From Kofleriaceae bacterium (GTDB taxonomy: Bacteria; Myxococcota_A; Polyangia; Haliangiales; Haliangiaceae): DNA of 64,000 nt. Position 1 is the stretch's first letter, and each line of letters begins with the position of its first letter. Positions 61,120 to 64,000 of the stretch are shown here, piece by piece. The notes under the pieces were generated by a model. The model was not told the DNA's origin, ran no database searches, and worked only from the letters and a program-made list of their open reading frames with translations. The stretch lies in contig CBDCCZ010000006.1 in NCBI GenBank assembly GCA_965215005.1, forward strand, positions 171,720 through 235,719. The letters run 5' to 3'. Position numbers and translations under genes: made by a program.

Positions 61120-63264
61120 CTATCCAGTCTGGCTGGCGGCGCCGAGGCGCACCACCACCACCGTCACATCGTCCTCCAGCGGCGTATCTCCGCGATGCGC
61201 CGCCGCGTCTTCGATGATCACTTGCGCGGCGTGTTCCTCCGCCGCCCGCACTCTCGTCTGCAGCACCCGCTGAAGCCGTCGTTCCCCGTAGGGCTGCCGC
61301 CGCGCGTCGAGCGAGTCCACCAGCGCGTCGCTGTAAAACACCAGCACATCATCGGGCTCGAGCTGTAGCTGCGCCGCCACCAGATGGGGGTCGTCGGCGC
61401 CCAGCGGAGAGCCTCGAGCGACCAGCGAGCCTAGCCTCGCATGCGACGGTTCGGCAGGCTCGCGGCGCAACACATACGGAAACAAGGCACCGGCGTTGGC
61501 AAACGTCACCCGCCGCTCGGAGGGGTCGACCACTGCGGCGAAGCAGCTCATCCAGTAGTTGCCGCCGCCCACGTCGCGCACCGTCGCATCGAGAAGCTGC
61601 AGCAGGGCGAGCACCTCGAAACCGCCGCCGAGCATCCGCTGCGCAGTCTCGCAGGCACCGGCGACTGCCGCCGAGACCAACGCCGCCGAAACCCCGCTGC
61701 CGGTGATATCGCCAATGGCGATGAAGAGCCGTCCATCGGGCAGCTCGGCGGCCGTCCACCAATCACCACCGAAGCGCACGGCGGGCTGATAGTGGCCAAT
61801 GACCTCGGCTCCCGCGAGCTGCATGCGCACCTCGCCGGGCACGCGCGCCTTCTCGACCGCCGCCGCCACTTCCATCTCGCGCGCCATCTCGATGCGAGCC
61901 CGCGCTTCGCGAAATAGACGAATGAACGTGAGCGCACGCGCCGCCGCCGCCGCCGTCTCTGCCAAGAACGCCTTTTCGTGGTCGCGCAACGCGCGCTCAC
62001 CGGCGGGTGGATCTACGACCAACAGGCCGACCAACGCGCCGCGATCGACCAGCGGCGCGACCACGCCCGCCCCCAGCTCGGTCAAGAACCGCTCGATCAG
62101 GCCGCGCAAGCCGCCAAGACGCTGGTCGGGCAGGTCTCCTAGCATCAGCGTGTCACGATTGCTGGTGAGCCACGCACGCACCCGCGCGTCGAGCAGCAGC
62201 GGCGGCGCGCCGGCCGCCATCGACGCGATGCCGCGCTCGCCGAGCACCAACACCGCCGGGCCGGTGAAGCCGCCGTGGTCGACGAGGAGCTCGGTAACCG
62301 CGGCGTCGAGCTCCGCGGCGGTGCGGAGCTCGGCGCTTTCTTCCACGAACAGCTCCAGCGCTTGATCCGCGGCCGAGGTGCTCCCAGGCGCAACCTCGCC
62401 GAAGTGCCGGCGCGCCAGCACCAGGCCCAGCTGCGCCACCCCGAACAGCGGCGTGAAGATCAGCACCACCGACAGCGGCTGCTCCCACTGTTGCCACTCG
62501 ATGACCCAGAGCAGCAGCACGATAAGCCCACCAAAGCCCACCAACAGGCAGAGCTCATAAGCCGCTGCTCGGTCGATGCCTCGCGAGTGCAATAGGTCGT
62601 GGCGCCAAATTCCCCAAAGCGTCACGCCGATGGCGACGATGATCGGAACGACCGAAAACGGATAGATGCCAATGCCGTGAGCCAACAAGGCATCGCTGGC
62701 GCTCAGCACCGACAAGCCCAGGACGATGAGGAGGCGGCGAGCGTTCGATTCGGCGCGCGCGCTGCGATAGCCGACCGCGGCGCGCCGCGCCAGCGCCATC
62801 CCCACCACCGCCCACACCACCAGCGTTCCGGGAGCCAAATCGTTGAGCGGTCCGGCGCGCGGATACCAAAGCCCGAGCGGCGTCCGCCACGCGTGTGCGA
62901 CGACCAAGTCGGTGGACCACGTGAGGATGCAGACCGCCAACGCCTGCACCGCAGCCACCGCCACCACCGCGCGATATCGCGCGTGGCGCTCGCTCACCGC
63001 CAAGATCGTCAGCAGCAGCGCCGGCCCGAGCAGCGCAATCGTGCCCACGAAGAAGCGCGACAGCCGGGTCGCCAATAGCGGGTCGTTGATCGTAGCGAGC
63101 AGCGCCGACGAGATCGCCCAGGGCAACCCCAGCAGCGCGGTCACCAACAACGCCACCCGTAGCATCGCAGCACCACGTATCAACACGGTCGCGAGCGCAA
63201 CCGCGAGGCAACCGGCCGCGGCGATCAAGAACGGGATGCTCAGCGGGCTAAGCCCCAACCCCAC
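61120..63264 (-). CDS. 7TM sensor - GAF-like - PP2C/SpoIIE phosphatase
   Basis: Multi-TM N-terminus (HisKA_7TM-like); GGDWW, IGDITGSG, NAGA, YSDA, EDDVT. Confidence 0.85.
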   Translation of the reverse strand: MGLGLSPLSIPFLIAAAGCLAVALATVLIRGAAMLRVALLVTALLGLPWAISSALLATINDPLLATRLSRFFVGTIALLGPALLLTILAVSERHARYRAVVAVAAVQALAVCILTWSTDLVVAHAWRTPLGLWYPRAGPLNDLAPGTLVVWAVVGMALARRAAVGYRSARAESNARRLLIVLGLSVLSASDALLAHGIGIYPFSVVPIIVAIGVTLWGIWRHDLLHSRGIDRAAAYELCLLVGFGGLIVLLLWVIEWQQWEQPLSVVLIFTPLFGVAQLGLVLARRHFGEVAPGSTSAADQALELFVEESAELRTAAELDAAVTELLVDHGGFTGPAVLVLGERGIASMAAGAPPLLLDARVRAWLTSNRDTLMLGDLPDQRLGGLRGLIERFLTELGAGVVAPLVDRGALVGLLVVDPPAGERALRDHEKAFLAETAAAAARALTFIRLFREARARIEMAREMEVAAAVEKARVPGEVRMQLAGAEVIGHYQPAVRFGGDWWTAAELPDGRLFIAIGDITGSGVSAALVSAAVAGACETAQRMLGGGFEVLALLQLLDATVRDVGGGNYWMSCFAAVVDPSERRVTFANAGALFPYVLRREPAEPSHARLGSLVARGSPLGADDPHLVAAQLQLEPDDVLVFYSDALVDSLDARRQPYGERRLQRVLQTRVRAAEEHAAQVIIEDAAAHRGDTPLEDDVTVVVVRLGAASQTG

Positions 63265-63383
63265 TGGAGCAAGGTAGCATGCGCGGCGGCTCCATCGGGC
63301 CCATGGCAGGACCGCAAAGCTGCCCCGAGCGGTGTCAAAAGTGGTCTGGCGGCTGTCGTGGAGTGCGTGGTATCAGTCCTGCA

Positions 63384-64000
63384 ATGTCGCGGCGCTTTCC
63401 ACGAATTCGGATGCGGCTCACCGCCACCGTCCAAGTTCTCGCCAGCGATGAAACGCTTGTCTGTGGCACGCGTGACGTTTCGCGCTGCGGCTGCTTTCTC
63501 GACACCGGCGGGCTCGCCGTGGGAACCGACATCGCGATTTCGCTCCTGGATCCCGACCGCGGACGTGCCGTGCAGGTCGAGGGGCGAGTGGTGCGAGAGA
63601 CGTCAACAGCGGGTGGCGTGGGGGTTTACATCGACACCCCAACCGAGAGTTGGTCCGAGATGATCCTCGACCGCGCGTCGGCTATTGCGACCAGCGCCTC
63701 GCCTGCGCTGCGACTCCGCGTCTTGGTGATGGGTGCCGACCTGCGCCGCCGCGGCGCCTTGGCCCTTTATGTCACCAGTGGCTGGGACGTGCGCTTCGCC
63801 AGCGATCTCGATGGCACCATCGAGGCGCTCGGAGAAGTTCGCCTCGATGCGGTCATCGCCGAAGACGACAGCGATGATTGGCGGTTGGTGCTTCGCGCCG
63901 CCGAGCGTTTGCAGCCCTTCGCGCGCCGCATCCTACAGAGCGCCGCGCCACACCGCGGCTCGTTCGCCCACGATGCGCTCATTCATCGCGTCGTCGATCG
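63384..64000 (+). CDS. PilZ domain plus degenerate receiver domain; runs off the window end
   Basis: Manual translation: MSRRFPRIRMRLTATV...TRDVSRCGCFL...VEGRVVR...GVGV (RxxxR, DxSxxG), then LRVLVMGAD...WDVRFA...LDAVIAEDD. Not in the ORF track. Confidence 0.8.
   Translation, partial: MSRRFPRIRMRLTATVQVLASDETLVCGTRDVSRCGCFLDTGGLAVGTDIAISLLDPDRGRAVQVEGRVVRETSTAGGVGVYIDTPTESWSEMILDRASAIATSASPALRLRVLVMGADLRRRGALALYVTSGWDVRFASDLDGTIEALGEVRLDAVIAEDDSDDWRLVLRAAERLQPFARRILQSAAPHRGSFAHDALIHRVVD

Noticed and set aside
63368..63383. TGGTATCAGTCCTGCA sigma54-like motif before the PilZ gene
   Set aside because: The implied TSS falls downstream of ATG 63384, which is needed for the RxxxR motif; probably chance

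Overview
GC-rich bacterial chromosomal window, most likely from a myxobacterium (Myxococcota). That assignment is an inference from the Ser/Thr kinase-NTPase-TPR protein, Gly/Asp-rich lipoprotein linkers, the PilZ protein and many sigma54-type promoters. It holds about 46 CDS. I saw no rRNA, tRNA, CRISPR array or transposase. From the left: a window-truncated CarH/AerR-type B12-binding protein (not in the ORF track), an NHL lipoprotein and a VKOR+SPW pair. Next is an alpha-glucan/trehalose operon (glgE, treS-maltokinase fusion, glgB, GH57/DUF3536, treY, GH15; no treZ), followed by general-stress genes (SDR, frameshifted ASRT, YihY, PfpI, small membrane ORFs). The middle has a DUF3553-like protein behind a near-consensus sigma70 promoter, an epimerase, FabH, heme oxygenase and MscS. 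It also has a four-gene C39-peptidase / RLAN-RimK / GCS2 / N-formylglutamate-amidohydrolase operon, lhr-nei, class II PPK2, a DedA/VTT protein, LysR, a receiver protein, YbaK and a hybrid kinase. The right part has a DUF2760-Hsp70-Hsp70(DUF3731) operon, a Rho-N small protein, malQ, a STAND kinase, a TPR lipoprotein, a GH35 lipoprotein, a 7TM-GAF-PP2C and a truncated PilZ/pseudo-receiver. The best candidates for uncharacterised systems are the DUF2760 + double atypical Hsp70 operon and the peptide ligase/peptidase operon. A recurring sigma54 -24/-12 motif links many stress genes, and many genes appear leaderless. Family calls come from motif recognition by eye; no database searches were run.
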